Of a stretch of 64,000 nucleotides of DNA, positions 21,014-31,258 are shown piece by piece. Numbering within the stretch: position 1 is the stretch's first letter; every line of letters starts with the position of its first letter. Under the pieces are notes generated by a model. That model worked only from the letters and a program-made list of their open reading frames with translations. It searched no databases and was not told where the DNA came from. The translations under genes were made by a program, and so were the position numbers. Origin of the DNA: Enterobacteria phage vB_EcoM_IME340; sequence record MH051916; one strand, given 5' to 3'.

Positions 21014-21931
21014 ATGGATTTAGAAATGATGCTGGATGAAGATTACAAAGAAGGAATTTGCTTAATTGACTTTAGTCAAATTGCGCTTTCAACTGCTCTA
21101 GTAAACTTTCCAGATAAAGAAAAAATTAATTTATCAATGGTTCGTCATTTGATATTGAACTCAATTAAGTTTAATGTCAAAAAAGCAAAAACTCTTGGAT
21201 ACACTAAAATTGTACTGTGTATTGATAATGCGAAATCTGGATATTGGCGTCGTGATTTTGCTTATTATTATAAGAAAAACCGTGGAAAAGCACGAGAAGA
21301 ATCTACTTGGGACTGGGAAGGTTATTTTGAATCCAGTCATAAAGTTATAGATGAATTAAAAGCTTATATGCCATACATTGTTATGGATATTGATAAGTAT
21401 GAAGCAGATGACCACATTGCTGTTCTTGTTAAAAAATTCTCTTTAGAAGGACATAAGATTTTAATCATTTCGTCGGATGGTGACTTTACTCAACTTCACA
21501 AATATCCAAATGTTAAGCAATGGTCACCGATGCATAAGAAATGGGTTAAAATTAAAAGCGGTTCTGCTGAAATTGATTGCATGACTAAAATCCTTAAAGG
21601 CGACAAAAAGGATAACGTTGCTTCAGTTAAAGTACGATCTGACTTTTGGTTTACTAGAGTTGAAGGTGAACGAACTCCTTCAATGAAAACATCTATTGTT
21701 GAAGCTATTGCTAATGACCGTGGGCAAGCTAAGGTGCTTCTCACTGAATCTGAATATAATCGATATAAAGAAAATTTAGTTCTAATTGACTTTGATTATA
21801 TTCCTGATAATATTGCTTCAAACATTGTGAATTACTATAATTCATATAAATTACCACCGCGTGGCAAAATTTATTCATATTTTGTAAAAGCGGGTCTTTC
21901 TAAATTAACTAATAGCATTAATGAATTTTGA
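21014..21931 (+). CDS. rnh: RNase H / 5'-3' flap endonuclease
   Basis: 305 aa from MDLEMMLDEDYKEG, matches T4 RNase H; open frame extends 5 codons upstream. Confidence 0.92.
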   Translation: MDLEMMLDEDYKEGICLIDFSQIALSTALVNFPDKEKINLSMVRHLILNSIKFNVKKAKTLGYTKIVLCIDNAKSGYWRRDFAYYYKKNRGKAREESTWDWEGYFESSHKVIDELKAYMPYIVMDIDKYEADDHIAVLVKKFSLEGHKILIISSDGDFTQLHKYPNVKQWSPMHKKWVKIKSGSAEIDCMTKILKGDKKDNVASVKVRSDFWFTRVEGERTPSMKTSIVEAIANDRGQAKVLLTESEYNRYKENLVLIDFDYIPDNIASNIVNYYNSYKLPPRGKIYSYFVKAGLSKLTNSINEF

Positions 21932-21939
21932 GGTGAATA

Positions 21940-22209
21940 ATGGCTAAAAAAGAAATGGTTGAATTTGATGAAGCTATCCACGGCGAAGACTTGGCTAAAT
22001 TTATTAAAGAAGCATCTGATCATAAACTGAAAATTTCTGGTTATAATGAATTGATTAAAGATATTCGAATTCGCGCCAAAGATGAACTTGGCGTTGATGG
22101 AAAGATGTTTAATCGTCTATTAGCTTTGTATCATAAAGATAACCGTGATGTGTTTGAAGCTGAAACTGAAGAGGTAGTTGAACTTTATGACACAGTTTTC
22201 TCTAAATGA
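21940..22209 (+). CDS. dsbA: dsDNA-binding protein DsbA (late transcription enhancer)
   Basis: 89 aa as in T4 DsbA. Confidence 0.8.
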   Translation: MAKKEMVEFDEAIHGEDLAKFIKEASDHKLKISGYNELIKDIRIRAKDELGVDGKMFNRLLALYHKDNRDVFEAETEEVVELYDTVFSK

Positions 22210-22525
22210 TATTCGTCCGGTCGATGAGGCCGGGCTTTCAGAAAAAGAACTTTCCCTTAAAAAGGAAAAAGATGAAATCGCAAAGCTTCTTGATCGACAA
22301 GAAAATGGATTTATTATTGAAAAAATGGTAGAAGAGTTTGGAATGAGTTATCTTGAAGCTACGACAGCATTCTTGGAAGAAAACTCTATTCCTGAAACTC
22401 AATTTGCTAAATTTATTCCTTCGGGTATAATTGAAAAAATTCAGTCAGAAGCTATTGACGAAAATCTTTTACGTCCTTCTGTTGTTCGTTGTGAAAAAAC
22501 TAATACATTAGATTTTCTGCTATGA
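22187..22525 (+). CDS. 33: late transcription co-activator gp33
   Basis: 112 aa from ATG at 22187 (ORF track start is TTG). Confidence 0.8.
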   Translation: MTQFSLNDIRPVDEAGLSEKELSLKKEKDEIAKLLDRQENGFIIEKMVEEFGMSYLEATTAFLEENSIPETQFAKFIPSGIIEKIQSEAIDENLLRPSVVRCEKTNTLDFLL

Positions 22526-23175
22526 TTAAACTCCGCATGCCTGCTGGTGGTGAAAGATACATTGATGGTAAATCAGTTTATAAATTATACTTAATGATAA
22601 AACAGCATATGAATGGAAAGTATGATGTAATTAAGTATAATTGGTGCATGCGGGTGTCTGATGCCGCTTATCAAAAGCGAAGGGATAAGTATTTTTTCCA
22701 GAAGTTATCAGAAAAATATAAATTAAAGGAACTTGCTTTAATTTTTATAAGTAATTTGGTTGCTAACCAAGATGCTTGGATTGGCGACATCTCTGACGCT
22801 GATGCACTTGTGTTTTATCGTGAATATATCGGACGCTTAAAGCAAATTAAATTTAAGTTTGAAGAAGATATTCGCAATATTTACTATTTTAGTAAAAAAG
22901 TTGAAGTTTCTGCTTTTAAAGAAATCTTTGAATATAATCCAAAAGTTCAATCAAGTTATATTTTTAAACTACTTCAATCGAATATAATTTCGTTTGAAAC
23001 GTTTATCTTGCTTGATTCGTTTTTAAATATAATTGATAAACATGATGAACAGACTGATAATTTAGTCTGGAATAATTATTCTATAAAGTTAAAGGCTTAT
23101 AGAAAAATTTTAAATATTGATTCACAGAAAGCTAAAAGTGTTTTCATTGAAACTGTGAAATCTTGTAAGTATTAA
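22522..23175 (+). CDS. 59: helicase loader gp59
   Basis: 217 aa as in T4 gp59. Confidence 0.85.
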   Translation: MIKLRMPAGGERYIDGKSVYKLYLMIKQHMNGKYDVIKYNWCMRVSDAAYQKRRDKYFFQKLSEKYKLKELALIFISNLVANQDAWIGDISDADALVFYREYIGRLKQIKFKFEEDIRNIYYFSKKVEVSAFKEIFEYNPKVQSSYIFKLLQSNIISFETFILLDSFLNIIDKHDEQTDNLVWNNYSIKLKAYRKILNIDSQKAKSVFIETVKSCKY

Positions 23176-23183
23176 TTGCTTAT

Positions 23184-23191
23184 TATAAATA
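23184..23191 (+). promoter_or_regulatory. late promoter TATAAATA upstream of gene 32
   Basis: exact TATAAATA. Confidence 0.5.
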
Positions 23192-23208
23192 AATTATAAT
23201 TATCTCAC

Positions 23209-23274
23209 TGACCAGCTATGAGGTCATACATCGTCATAGCACCAACTGTTAATTAAATTAAAAAGGAAATAAAA
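23209..23274 (+). promoter_or_regulatory. gene 32 autogenous translational operator (pseudoknot plus unstructured AU-rich leader)
   Basis: TGACC-AGCTATGA-GGTCA...TCATAGC pseudoknot pairing, then UUAAAUUAAAAAGGAAAUAAAA before ATG. Confidence 0.75.
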
Positions 23275-24183
23275 ATGTTTAAACGTAAATCTACTGCTGA
23301 ACTCGCTGCACAAATGGCTAAACTGGCTGGAAATAAAGGTGGTTTTTCTTCTGAAGATAAAGGCGAGTGGAAACTGAAACTCGACAATGCGGGTAACGGT
23401 CAAGCAGTAATTCGTTTTCTTCCGTCTAAAAATGATGAACAAGCACCATTCGCAATTCTTGTAAATCACGGTTTCAAGAAAAATGGTAAATGGTATATCG
23501 AAAATTGTTCATCTACCCACGGTGATTACGATTCTTGCCCAGTATGTCAATACATCAGTAAAAATGATCTGTACAACACTGATAATAAAGAGTACAGCCT
23601 TGTTAAACGTAAAACTTCTTACTGGGCTAACATTCTTGTTGTAAAAGACCCGGCTGCTCCAGAAAACGAAGGTAAAGTATTTAAATACCGTTTCGGTAAG
23701 AAAATCTGGGATAAAATCAATGCAATGATTGCGGTTGATGTCGAAATGGGTGAAACTCCGGTTGATGTAACTTGCCCGTGGGAAGGTGCTAACTTTGTAC
23801 TGAAAGTTAAACAAGTTTCCGGATTTAGTAACTACGATGAATCTAAATTCCTGAATCAATCTGCGATTCCAAACATTGACGATGAATCTTTCCAGAAAGA
23901 ACTGTTCGAACAAATGGTTGACCTTTCTGAAATGACTTCTAAAGATAAATTCAAATCGTTTGAAGAACTGAATACTAAATTCGGTCAAGTTATGGGAACT
24001 GCTGTGATGGGCGGTGCCGCTGCAACTGCTGCTAAGAAAGCTGATAAAGTTGCTGATGATTTGGATGCATTCAATGTTGATGACTTCAATACAAAAACTG
24101 AAGATGATTTTATGAGCTCAAGCTCTAGCAGTTCATCTAGTGCTGATGACACGGACCTGGATGACCTTTTGAATGACCTTTAA
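23275..24183 (+). CDS. 32: ssDNA-binding protein gp32
   Basis: 302 aa, zinc-binding region [10 protein letters not shown], acidic C-terminus. Confidence 0.95.
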   Translation: MFKRKSTAELAAQMAKLAGNKGGFSSEDKGEWKLKLDNAGNGQAVIRFLPSKNDEQAPFAILVNHGFKKNGKWYIENCSSTHGDYDSCPVCQYISKNDLYNTDNKEYSLVKRKTSYWANILVVKDPAAPENEGKVFKYRFGKKIWDKINAMIAVDVEMGETPVDVTCPWEGANFVLKVKQVSGFSNYDESKFLNQSAIPNIDDESFQKELFEQMVDLSEMTSKDKFKSFEELNTKFGQVMGTAVMGGAAATAAKKADKVADDLDAFNVDDFNTKTEDDFMSSSSSSSSSADDTDLDDLLNDL

Positions 24184-24205
24184 TAGATTATATTACTAAT
24201 TAATT

Positions 24206-24232
24206 GGGGACCTCTAGGGTCCCCTTTTTTAT
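24206..24232 (+). terminator. intrinsic terminator after gene 32
   Basis: GGGGACC-TCTA-GGGTCCCC then T6. Confidence 0.7.
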
Positions 24233-24255
24233 TTCAAAAATTTTTTCACAAAACG

Positions 24256-24285
24256 GTTTACAAGCATAAAGCTTTATGGTACTAT
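24256..24285 (+). promoter_or_regulatory. T4-type early promoter
   Basis: TTTTTTCACAAAACGGTTTACA ... TACTAT cassette. Confidence 0.6.
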
Positions 24286-24328
24286 ACAACTATCGGCAAT
24301 ACTGCTGATGATTAAAGAGGAAAATAAT

Positions 24329-24556
24329 ATGGCTAAAATTGATATTGATGTTGTTGATTTTGAATATATTGAAGAAATTATTCGTAATCGTTATCCTGAA
24401 CTTAGTATCATAAGCGCACTAAATGATCCTAATTGTAATGTTTCAGTTGTTATTGAAGGTCCTTTAAATCGTCTTAAACAGTTTATGGTTAATGAATACT
24501 GCGACGGTATGGATGCTGAAGATGTAGAATTTTACACAGGATTTATTGAACAGTAA
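24329..24556 (+). CDS. hypothetical protein (frd.x position)
   Basis: 75 aa from ATG with AAAGAGGAAAA SD. Confidence 0.4.
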   Translation: MAKIDIDVVDFEYIEEIIRNRYPELSIISALNDPNCNVSVVIEGPLNRLKQFMVNEYCDGMDAEDVEFYTGFIEQ

Positions 24557-24601
24557 TTATCAAGGGGCTATTATAGCCCCTATTAAAATGAGGAAAACAC
24601 A

Positions 24602-24961
24602 ATGTATATCGGTAAAAAGTATGAACTTGTTCCAAGACTTATTGATACATTTATTAATTATCGTCCACGTTCTAATTCAGCAATAGTTAAAATTATTCAA
24701 GAAAATGGCGGATGGTTTGAAGTTAAAGAAGCTTTCTTTGTTGATGGATTTAGAGTAATAAAACACATTGAATGCGCAAATGGAAAGCATTTTTACTTTA
24801 ACGTTTGTGAAGACGAATTTCATTGTTTTCGTGAGTATAAAGAACCGACTTCTGAAGAAGACGAATACCTAGTTTCTGGCGTAACGAAAATTCACTGCAT
24901 TGTAGACGAAAACAATGTAGATGAAATTATTGAACTTTTGCGAAAAACTTTCAAAAAGTAG
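24602..24961 (+). CDS. hypothetical protein (frd.x position)
   Basis: 119-aa ORF with GAGGAAA SD. Confidence 0.45.
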   Translation: MYIGKKYELVPRLIDTFINYRPRSNSAIVKIIQENGGWFEVKEAFFVDGFRVIKHIECANGKHFYFNVCEDEFHCFREYKEPTSEEDEYLVSGVTKIHCIVDENNVDEIIELLRKTFKK

Positions 24962-25015
24962 TTTACAGTAGGGTAGTAGTGTGATACTATTACCCTATCA
25001 ACTAAGGAGAATAAA

Positions 25016-25258
25016 ATGAGATTACAACGCCAGAGCATCAAAGATTCGGAAGTTAGAGGTAAATGGTATTTTAATATCATCGGTAAAGATTCTGAACTTG
25101 TTGAAAAAGCTGAACATCTTTTGCGTGATATGGGATGGGAAGATGAATGTGATAGATGCCCTCTTTATGAGGATGGAGAAAGCGCAGGATTCTGGATTTA
25201 CCATTCTGACGTCGAGCAGTTTAAAGCTGATTGGAAAATTGTGAAAAAGTCTGTTTAA
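25016..25258 (+). CDS. hypothetical protein (frd.x position)
   Basis: 80-aa ORF with AAGGAG SD and early promoter upstream. Confidence 0.45.
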   Translation: MRLQRQSIKDSEVRGKWYFNIIGKDSELVEKAEHLLRDMGWEDECDRCPLYEDGESAGFWIYHSDVEQFKADWKIVKKSV

Positions 25259-25268
25259 GGAAAATAAT

Positions 25269-26095
<827 letters not shown>

Positions 26096-26115
26096 AATAA
26101 CGCGTGGCGGAAAAT

Positions 26116-26463
26116 ATGAACTTTAATTATTACCCTATTCTATTAGAAAAAGACGCGAAACAACCAAAATGGCAGGGTCCTCAGTTTATTAAAGGCGTCT
26201 ATCAATTAGTAGTTCCTAAAGACAAGATTTATAGCAGTTGTTTCACTGAATCCGCTTGCAGTATTTTCGGTAATAGTTCTCCGTATTGGAATTTTGATAT
26301 AAAGCTGGATAGAAATATCGATATTTGGTTGAAAGCTATGGATATTGGCAATATCACGTTTGATGAGAATAATTATCATATTATTGGTCGTTTTTCCAAA
26401 CGTGGTAAAGAATTATATTTCACGCCTGAAATTGAAAGAAAATTTGACGCTAAACCGTATTGA
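26116..26463 (+). CDS. hypothetical protein encoded by insert between frd and td
   Basis: 115 aa from ATG (ORF track 26104 start is GTG); no recognisable motif. Confidence 0.5.
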   Translation: MNFNYYPILLEKDAKQPKWQGPQFIKGVYQLVVPKDKIYSSCFTESACSIFGNSSPYWNFDIKLDRNIDIWLKAMDIGNITFDENNYHIIGRFSKRGKELYFTPEIERKFDAKPY

Positions 26464-26508
26464 TTATTTAGCTTCATAAAATGTATTATAATTTATATAA
26501 GGTACTAA

Positions 26509-27057
26509 ATGAAACAATACCAAGATTTAATTAAAGACATTTTTGAAAATGGCTATGAAACTGATGACCGAACAGGCACAGGAACAATTGCTTTGTTCGG
26601 TACTAAATTACGCTGGGATTTAACTAAAGGTTTTCCTGCAGTAACAACTAAGAAGCTCGCCTGGAATGCATGCATTGCTGAGCTACTTTGGTTTTTATCA
26701 GGAAGCACAAATGTCAATGATTTACGATTAATTCAGCATGATTCATTAATTCAAGGCAAAACAGTCTGGGATGAAAATTACGAAAATCAAGCAAAAGATT
26801 TAGGATACCATAGCGGTGAACTTGGTCCAATTTATGGAAAACAGTGGCGTGATTTTGGTGGTGTAGACCAAATTATAGAAGTTGTTGATCGTATTAAAAA
26901 ACTGCCAAATGATAGGCGTCAAATTGTTTCAGCATGGAATCCAGCTGAACTTAAATATATGGCATTACCGCCTTGTCATATGTTCTATCAGTTTAATGTG
27001 CGTAATGGCTATTTGGATTTGCAGTGGTATCAACGATCAGTAGATGTTTTCTTGGGT
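26509..27057 (+). CDS. td: thymidylate synthase, exon 1
   Basis: 183 codons ending ...VDVFLG at a U before in-frame TAA; classic TS motifs. Confidence 0.92.
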
Positions 27058-28073
27058 TAATTGAGGCCTGAGTATAAGGTGACTTATACTTGTAATCTAT
27101 CTAAACGGGGAACCTCTCTAGTAGACAATCCCGTGCTAAATTGTAGGACTGCCCTTTAATAAATACTTCTATATTTAAAGAGGTATTTATGAAAAGCGGA
27201 ATTTATCAGATTAAAAATACTTTAAACAATAAAGTATATGTAGGAAGTGCTAAAGATTTTGAAAAGAGATGGAAGAGGCATTTTAAAGATTTAGAAAAAG
27301 GATGCCATTCTTCTATAAAACTTCAGAGGTCTTTTAACAAACATGGTAATGTGTTTGAATGTTCTATTTTGGAAGAAATTCCATATGAGAAAGATTTGAT
27401 TATTGAACGAGAAAATTTTTGGATTAAAGAGCTTAATTCTAAAATTAATGGATACAATATTGCTGATGCAACGTTTGGTGATACATGTTCTACGCATCCA
27501 TTAAAAGAAGAAATTATTAAGAAACGTTCTGAAACTGTTAAAGCTAAGATGCTTAAACTTGGACCTGATGGTCGGAAAGCTCTTTACAGTAAACCCGGAA
27601 GTAAAAACGGGCGTTGGAATCCAGAAACCCATAAGTTTTGTAAGTGCGGTGTTCGCATACAAACTTCTGCTTATACTTGTAGTAAATGCAGAAATCGTTC
27701 AGGTGAAAATAATTCATTCTTTAATCATAAGCATTCAGACATAACTAAATCTAAAATATCAGAAAAGATGAAAGGTAAAAAGCCTAGTAATATTAAAAAG
27801 ATTTCATGTGATGGGGTTATTTTTGATTGTGCAGCAGATGCAGCTAGACATTTTAAAATTTCGTCTGGATTAGTTACTTATCGTGTAAAATCTGATAAAT
27901 GGAATTGGTTCTACATAAATGCCTAACGACTATCCCTTTGGGGAGTAGGGTCAAGTGACTCGAAACGATAGACAACTTGCTTTAACAAGTTGGAGATATA
28001 GTCTGATCTGCATGGTGACATGCAGCTGGATATAATTCCGGGGTAAGATTAACGACCTTATCTGAACATAATG
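27058..28073 (+). ncRNA. self-splicing group I intron of td (1016 nt)
   Basis: starts TAATTGAGGCCTGAGTATAAGG after exon GGGT, ends ...ACATAATG (terminal G); exon 2 resumes in frame; length equals T4 td intron. Confidence 0.88.
27189..27926 (+). CDS. I-TevI: GIY-YIG homing endonuclease I-TevI (intron-encoded)
   Basis: 245 aa, GIYQIKN...VYVGSA GIY-YIG motif, C-terminal zinc finger and DNA-binding domain. Confidence 0.92.
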   Translation: MKSGIYQIKNTLNNKVYVGSAKDFEKRWKRHFKDLEKGCHSSIKLQRSFNKHGNVFECSILEEIPYEKDLIIERENFWIKELNSKINGYNIADATFGDTCSTHPLKEEIIKKRSETVKAKMLKLGPDGRKALYSKPGSKNGRWNPETHKFCKCGVRIQTSAYTCSKCRNRSGENNSFFNHKHSDITKSKISEKMKGKKPSNIKKISCDGVIFDCAADAARHFKISSGLVTYRVKSDKWNWFYINA

Positions 28074-28385
28074 CTACCGTTTAATATTGCATCATATGCT
28101 ACGTTAGTTCATATTGTAGCTAAGATGTGTAATCTTATTCCAGGAGATTTGATATTTTCTGGCGGTAATACTCATATCTATATGAATCACGTAGAACAAT
28201 GTAAAGAAATTTTGCGTCGTGAACCTATGGATTTATGCGAATTACAATTAAAATTTCCAGATGAATTTGATGAATGGGACACAGAATCACAGGTATTTTG
28301 GTTGAGTCAATTCGCAAAGCCGCATAATTTTGTTCTTAACAACTATGTATCTCACCCGCCAATTAAAGGAAAGATGGCGGTGTAA
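28074..28385 (+). CDS. td: thymidylate synthase, exon 2
   Basis: LPFNIASYATLVH... continues TS frame; total 286 aa. Confidence 0.92.
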   Translation, partial: LPFNIASYATLVHIVAKMCNLIPGDLIFSGGNTHIYMNHVEQCKEILRREPMDLCELQLKFPDEFDEWDTESQVFWLSQFAKPHNFVLNNYVSHPPIKGKMAV

Positions 28386-28408
28386 TTTTAATTTAATTGA
28401 GAGGATAT

Positions 28409-28672
28409 ATGATTTTACGATTTAAAGATACTTCTGGTGTAGTTCTTTTTACACTTCCTAACCCAAGCGAGTTAGAAGTTCCAGGACCAAATCAGCCTAT
28501 TATCATTTATGGCAAAAAATATTATACTCATAAAATGACTCGTGAGTATTTTGATAATAAAATTTCCACAGTTAAAACTTCTTCTGATTGTTACTATGAT
28601 ATTACTGTTTTAACGGAAAAACAATATGACGAATTATCACCGCGCGGGCCGTCTATGCCAGGTAGTGAATAA
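28409..28672 (+). CDS. hypothetical protein (nrdA.x position)
   Basis: 87 aa from ATG with GAGGA SD. Confidence 0.4.
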   Translation: MILRFKDTSGVVLFTLPNPSELEVPGPNQPIIIYGKKYYTHKMTREYFDNKISTVKTSSDCYYDITVLTEKQYDELSPRGPSMPGSE

Positions 28673-28952
28673 ATATAAATCCGACTTTGATGTTAATATT
28701 CACCGTGGTACATTTTGGGGAAATTACGTCGGTAAAGATGCTGGCAGCCGGGAGGCTGCCATTGAATTATTCAAAAAAGATTTTATACGTCGAATTAAAT
28801 CCGGAGAAATAACTAAAGCACATTTAGAGCCTTTACGTGGAATGAGGCTAGGATGCACATGTAAACCAAAGCCGTGTCATGGTGATATAATAGCTCATAT
28901 AGTTAACCGATTGTTTAAAGACGATTTTCAAGTTGAGGACTTATGCAATTAA
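28626..28952 (+). CDS. hypothetical protein (nrdA.x position)
   Basis: 108-aa ORF overlapping neighbours; Cys/His-containing C-terminus. Confidence 0.4.
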   Translation: MTNYHRAGRLCQVVNKYKSDFDVNIHRGTFWGNYVGKDAGSREAAIELFKKDFIRRIKSGEITKAHLEPLRGMRLGCTCKPKPCHGDIIAHIVNRLFKDDFQVEDLCN

Positions 28953-31207
28953 TTAATGTTATCAAAAGTAGTGGTGTTTCTCAAAGCTTTGACCCGCAAA
29001 AAATTATTAAAGTTTTATCTTGGGCAGCTGAAGGAACATCTGTAGATCCTTATGAATTATATGAAAATATTAAATCATATCTCCGTGATGGAATGACCAC
29101 TGATGACATTCAAACCATTGTAATTAAGGCTGCTGCGAATTCTATTTCAGTTGAAGAGCCTGATTATCAATATGTAGCTGCACGCTGTTTAATGTTTGCT
29201 CTTCGTAAGCATGTTTACGGTCAGTATGAACCACGTTCATTTATTGACCATATTTCTTACTGTGTAAATGAAGGTAAATACGACCCTGAATTGTTGTCAA
29301 AATATTCTGCAGAAGAAATTACATTTTTAGAATCAAAAATTAAGCACGAGCGGGATATGGAATTTACTTATTCCGGGGCGATGCAATTAAAAGAAAAATA
29401 TCTCGTTAAAGACAAAACCACCGGTCAAATTTATGAAACTCCACAGTTTGCATTTATGACTATTGGAATGGCATTGCATCAAGATGAACCTGTTGACAGA
29501 TTAAAACATGTTATTCGTTTTTATGAAGCAGTATCTACTCGACAGATTTCATTGCCAACTCCTATTATGGCTGGATGTCGTACTCCAACTCGGCAATTTA
29601 GTTCATGCGTTGTTATTGAGGCAGGTGATTCGCTGAAGTCTATCAATAAGGCTTCTGCTTCAATTGTTGAGTATATTTCTAAACGAGCTGGAATCGGCAT
29701 TAACGTTGGTATGATTCGTGCCGAAGGTTCTAAGATTGGCACAGGTGAAGTGCGTCATACTGGTGTTATTCCTTTTTGGAAACATTTTCAGACTGCTGTT
29801 AAATCATGCTCACAGGGTGGAATTCGTGGCGGCGCTGCTACTGCTTATTATCCTATTTGGCATTTGGAAGTTGAAAATCTTCTCGTTTTGAAAAATAACA
29901 AAGGCGTAGAAGAAAACCGTATCCGTCATATGGATTATGGTGTCCAGCTGAATGATTTGATGATGGAACGTTTTGGAAAGAACGATTACATTACTTTGTT
30001 TAGTCCACATGAAATGGGTGGCGAACTTTATTATTCTTATTTTAAAGACCAAGACCGTTTCCGTGAATTATACGAAGCAGCAGAAAAAGATCCTAATATT
30101 CGTAAAAAGCGTATTAAAGCCCGTGAACTATTTGAATTGCTCATGACTGAACGCTCAGGAACAGCAAGGATTTATGTACAGTTCATTGATAATACGAATA
30201 ACTATACTCCGTTTATTCGTGAAAAGGCACCTATTCGTCAGAGTAACTTGTGTTGTGAAATTGCTATTCCAACAAATGATGTAAATAGTCCTGATGCTGA
30301 AATTGGATTGTGTACTCTCTCTGCATTCGTACTAGATAATTTTGACTGGCAAGACCAAGATAAAATTAATGAATTGGCAGAAGTTCAAGTTCGTGCTCTT
30401 GATAATCTTTTGGATTACCAAGGATATCCAGTTCCTGAAGCAGAAAAAGCTAAAAAGCGTCGTAACCTCGGTGTAGGTGTTACCAACTATGCAGCTTGGC
30501 TGGCAAGTAACTTTGCTTCTTATGAAGATGCTAACGATTTAACACATGAACTATTTGAGAGATTACAGTATGGACTCATTAAAGCATCCATTAAGCTCGC
30601 CAAAGAAAAAGGACCTTGCGAATATTATTCAGACACTCGTTGGTCTCGAGGCGAATTACCTATCGACTGGTACAATAAAAAGATTGACCAAATCGCAGCT
30701 CCAAAATACGTTTGTGACTGGTCGTCGCTGCGGGAAGACCTTAAGCTCTTTGGCATCCGTAATAGCACATTATCAGCACTTATGCCATGTGAGTCATCTT
30801 CCCAAGTTTCTAACAGTACAAACGGCATCGAGCCTCCACGTGGACCGGTAAGTGTTAAAGAATCAAAAGAGGGCTCCTTTAATCAAGTCGTGCCCAATAT
30901 TGAGCATAACATAGACCTCTATGATTATACATGGAAATTAGCTAAGAAAGGTAATAAACCTTATCTTACTCAGGTAGCTATTATGCTGAAATGGGTATGT
31001 CAATCAGCTTCAGCGAATACATATTATGACCCGCAGATTTTTCCAAAAGGAAAGGTTCCAATGTCTGTAATGATTGATGACCTTTTGTATTTTTGGTATT
31101 TTGGCGGAAAAAATTTCTATTATCATAATACCCGTGATGGTTCTGGTACTGATGATTATGAAATAGAAACTCCAAAAGCTGAAGATTGTTCATCCTGTAA
31201 ATTATGA
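28943..31207 (+). CDS. nrdA: ribonucleotide reductase large subunit
   Basis: 754 aa as in T4 NrdA; ATP-cone N-terminus, active-site region NLCCEIA. Confidence 0.95.
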   Translation: MQLINVIKSSGVSQSFDPQKIIKVLSWAAEGTSVDPYELYENIKSYLRDGMTTDDIQTIVIKAAANSISVEEPDYQYVAARCLMFALRKHVYGQYEPRSFIDHISYCVNEGKYDPELLSKYSAEEITFLESKIKHERDMEFTYSGAMQLKEKYLVKDKTTGQIYETPQFAFMTIGMALHQDEPVDRLKHVIRFYEAVSTRQISLPTPIMAGCRTPTRQFSSCVVIEAGDSLKSINKASASIVEYISKRAGIGINVGMIRAEGSKIGTGEVRHTGVIPFWKHFQTAVKSCSQGGIRGGAATAYYPIWHLEVENLLVLKNNKGVEENRIRHMDYGVQLNDLMMERFGKNDYITLFSPHEMGGELYYSYFKDQDRFRELYEAAEKDPNIRKKRIKARELFELLMTERSGTARIYVQFIDNTNNYTPFIREKAPIRQSNLCCEIAIPTNDVNSPDAEIGLCTLSAFVLDNFDWQDQDKINELAEVQVRALDNLLDYQGYPVPEAEKAKKRRNLGVGVTNYAAWLASNFASYEDANDLTHELFERLQYGLIKASIKLAKEKGPCEYYSDTRWSRGELPIDWYNKKIDQIAAPKYVCDWSSLREDLKLFGIRNSTLSALMPCESSSQVSNSTNGIEPPRGPVSVKESKEGSFNQVVPNIEHNIDLYDYTWKLAKKGNKPYLTQVAIMLKWVCQSASANTYYDPQIFPKGKVPMSVMIDDLLYFWYFGGKNFYYHNTRDGSGTDDYEIETPKAEDCSSCKL

Positions 31208-31258
31208 TATAATTTGACTCACGGACGAGTCACTATCTATTAACTAAGCGGAAAATTT

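Noticed and set aside
23224-23988. - strand ORFs of 81 and 159 aa overlapping gene 32
   Set aside because: Antisense to the gp32 ORF and its operator; AT-rich open frames with no initiation context.
26468-26492. Possible MotA-box middle promoter (TTTAGCTTCA ... TATAAT) just upstream of td
   Set aside because: Box-to-(-10) spacing is only ~9 nt instead of the usual 11-13 and the box deviates from TGCTT, so I could not support it as a middle promoter; the td-proximal promoter remains undefined.
27291-27744. Short ORFs (68 aa on -, 61 aa on +) inside the td intron
   Set aside because: Nested in other frames of the I-TevI coding region, which is intact and full length.
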